Assembly: GCA_963666115.2 (NCBI GenBank)
Contig: CAXXET010000002.1
Span: 1-64,000, forward strand
DNA length: 64,000 nucleotides
From: Dehalococcoidia bacterium
GTDB lineage: Bacteria; Chloroflexota; Dehalococcoidia; UBA6926
Direction of reading: 5' to 3'
Shown in pieces: positions 62,741 through 64,000 of this stretch. The notes beneath the pieces were generated by a model. That model had not been told where the DNA came from. It saw nothing but the letters and a program-made list of their open reading frames with translations, and did no database searches. The position numbers were made by a program, and so were the translations under genes. Numbering within the stretch: position 1 is the first letter of the stretch; each line of letters begins with the position of its first letter.

Positions 62741-64000
62741 CCCCCAGCTTGAGCAGCGCCAAAAACGCTTCCTGCGGCACTTCCACACGCCCCACGCGCT
62801 TCATGCGGCGCTTCCCCTCCGCCTGCTTCTCCAGCAGCTTGCGCTTGCGCGTGACGTCGCCCCCGTAGCACTTCGCCAGCACGTTCTTCCGCAGCGCCCG
62901 CACTGTCTCGCGCGAGATGATCCGCCCCCCAATCGCCGCCTGTATCGGCACGTCGAACATCTGGCGAGGTATCGTCTCCCGCAGCCGCGAGACCAACGCC
63001 CGCCCCCGGTGATACGCTGCCTCTCGCGGATAGATTGCGCTCAAAGCGTCCACCGGCTCCTCATTCACCAGGATGTCCAGCCTGACCAGGCTCGCCTCCC
63101 GCGCGTCGATTACCTCGTAGTCCAGCGACGCGTACCCCTGCGTCCGCGACTTCAACTGGTCGAAGAAGTCGATCAGCATTTCGGCCAGCGGCATCCTGTA
63201 CCGCATCGAAACGCGAGCCTGCCCGCCGACGGCCCCCGCGCCCGACTGGATATACTCCATCTCCTCGTACTCCGCGCGCCGCTCGGACATCAACTCCATC
63301 ACCGGCCCGACGACCTCGTTCGGGCACAGGATCGTCGCGCGTATCCACGGCTCGTACATCGTGTCGATGGTCGTCGGATTCGGCATTTCTGCCGGGTTGT
63401 GAATCGTCAACGTGGAGCCGTCCGTTTGAAGGATGTCGTATGCCACGCTCGGAGCGGTGATCAGGATTTCCAGCCCGTACTCCCTCTCCAGCCGCTCCTG
63501 CACGATTTCCATGTGGAGCAGCCCCAGGAATCCGCACCGGAATCCGAATCCGAGCGCGATGCTGTTCTCCGGCTCATACGAAAGCGCCGCGTCGTTCAGT
63601 TGCAGCTTCGCCAGCGCGTCCCGCAGTTCCCCGTACTCTGTGTCGCCGGATGGATACAGCCCCGCGAAGATCATCGGCTTCAGCGGGCGATACCCCGGCA
63701 GCGGCTCGGACGCGGGCCGTTCCGCCAGCGTGATCGTGTCCCCCACCCGGCACTCCCGCACGTCTTTCAGGCCCGTCGCGACGTACCCCACTTCTCCCAT
63801 CGCCAGCCCGTCGCGCGTTGAAATCAGCCACGGCGTGAACACGCCCACGTCCAGCGGCTCCACTTCCCGCCCGTTGGACATCAGTTGCAGGCGTGCCCCC
63901 GGTGTCACCGCCCCGTCGTACACGCGCACGTACGCCACCACGCCGCGGTACGGGTCGTACTTGGAATCAAAAACAAGCGCCCGCAGCGGCGCGTCCGTGT
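62730..64000 (-). CDS. lepA: Elongation factor 4 (LepA), 5' part outside window
   Basis: [52 protein letters not shown]. Confidence 0.98.
   Translation of the reverse strand, partial: TDAPLRALVFDSKYDPYRGVVAYVRVYDGAVTPGARLQLMSNGREVEPLDVGVFTPWLISTRDGLAMGEVGYVATGLKDVRECRVGDTITLAERPASEPLPGYRPLKPMIFAGLYPSGDTEYGELRDALAKLQLNDAALSYEPENSIALGFGFRCGFLGLLHMEIVQERLEREYGLEILITAPSVAYDILQTDGSTLTIHNPAEMPNPTTIDTMYEPWIRATILCPNEVVGPVMELMSERRAEYEEMEYIQSGAGAVGGQARVSMRYRMPLAEMLIDFFDQLKSRTQGYASLDYEVIDAREASLVRLDILVNEEPVDALSAIYPREAAYHRGRALVSRLRETIPRQMFDVPIQAAIGGRIISRETVRALRKNVLAKCYGGDVTRKRKLLEKQAEGKRRMKRVGRVEVPQEAFLALLKLGDDG

Overview
GC-rich bacterial chromosome segment, most consistent with Chloroflexota (Dehalococcoidia/SAR202-like). 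This is inferred from the short EF-Ts, insertions in ACP and IspG, and paralogous VOC, CoA-transferase and Mo-enzyme genes. A host-associated (e.g. sponge) lifestyle is suggested by ankyrin, LRR and FN3/propeller proteins. The backbone is housekeeping: nadK, ruvB-def-cca-secDF, thiI, hflX, dtd, rpsB-tsf-pyrH-frr-uppS-cdsA-dxr-rseP-ispG, split methylmalonyl-CoA mutase, rpmF-fabD-nusB-acpP-udg-rnj, ilvD, lepA. Accessory genes include a 1720-aa exonuclease-RecQ-UvrD fusion, PaREP1- and Uma2-like genes and three eukaryote-like repeat proteins. Most notable: (1) an otherwise intact amidase with an in-frame UGA two residues before the catalytic serine, followed by a bSECIS-like hairpin (candidate selenoprotein); (2) REP-like palindromes that overlap TAG stops, with one copy translated in-frame inside RNase J; (3) four double-VOC epimerase-like genes, two inside the mutase operon and one fused to an HTH; (4) an adhesin with two five-repeat propellers behind a C11 tract. 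Single-base frameshifts in hflX and rseP suggest assembly errors, so the premature stops need read-level checking. No rRNA, tRNA, CRISPR array, transposase or integrase was recognised.
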